The notes beneath the pieces are model-generated. The model ran no database searches. It was not told where the DNA came from and was given only the letters and a program-made list of their open reading frames with translations. A stretch of 64,000 nucleotides of DNA from Geosiphon pyriformis uo1 (Eukaryota; Fungi; Glomeromycota), in contig JAAOMT010000231.1 in NCBI GenBank assembly GCA_016748015.1, positions 261,683 through 325,682 on the forward strand. Direction: 5' to 3'. This document shows positions 63,801 to 64,000 of this stretch, one piece after another; the stretch's first letter is position 1; each line of letters opens with the position of its first letter. The position numbers and the translations under genes were made by a program.

Positions 63801-64000
63801 ACACCGTTTATCCTTTTAATTTACATTTGCAAACTAATTAATAAAAATCCTTTATGATTGATTTGGTTTCTTAAGAAATAAAATATTGGTTTCCACCTCA
63901 AGACTATGAATTCAAATAACAGCTTTACCGAATCTGTACAACTATTTTCATATGATTCAATTCAGAATTTGTTGTTCAATTACTCGATTAGCACAGTCAT

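Overview
AT-rich eukaryotic (fungal) DNA with short GT-AG introns and two N-gaps. The gene families (BTB-BACK, class-3 lipase-like, REase-fold, TET/JBP-like) point to Glomeromycotina, possibly Geosiphon; this is an inference. Bases 1-29.3 kb are a nested retroelement stack that can be resolved by eye. A nearly erased LINE relic (1-1737) is followed by a full-length APE-RT-RNaseH LINE (~1985-29266). That LINE is split by two Ty3/gypsy-type LTR elements: A (4706-15760, minus) and B (17945-27354, plus). A also carries a solo LTR of the B family (8742-9726). A and B have unrelated LTRs but share an unusual architecture: one gag-PR-[Cys-rich domain]-dUTPase-RT-RH frame, an integrase apparently in its own ATG-started ORF, and an extra ORF3 next to the PPT that the ORF track missed. 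All retroelements are riddled with C>T/G>A transitions. Bases 29.3-64 kb are gene-poor. They hold a lipase-3-like gene lacking the catalytic Ser plus a decayed paralog, BTB-BACK and NDUFA4/MLRQ pseudogenes, a Tc1/mariner remnant, a CpG-rich PD-(D/E)xK nuclease plus TET/JBP-like dioxygenase pair, an intact 8-exon cytochrome P450 and a ricin-B-type lectin. All calls come from manual motif reading; no searches were run.
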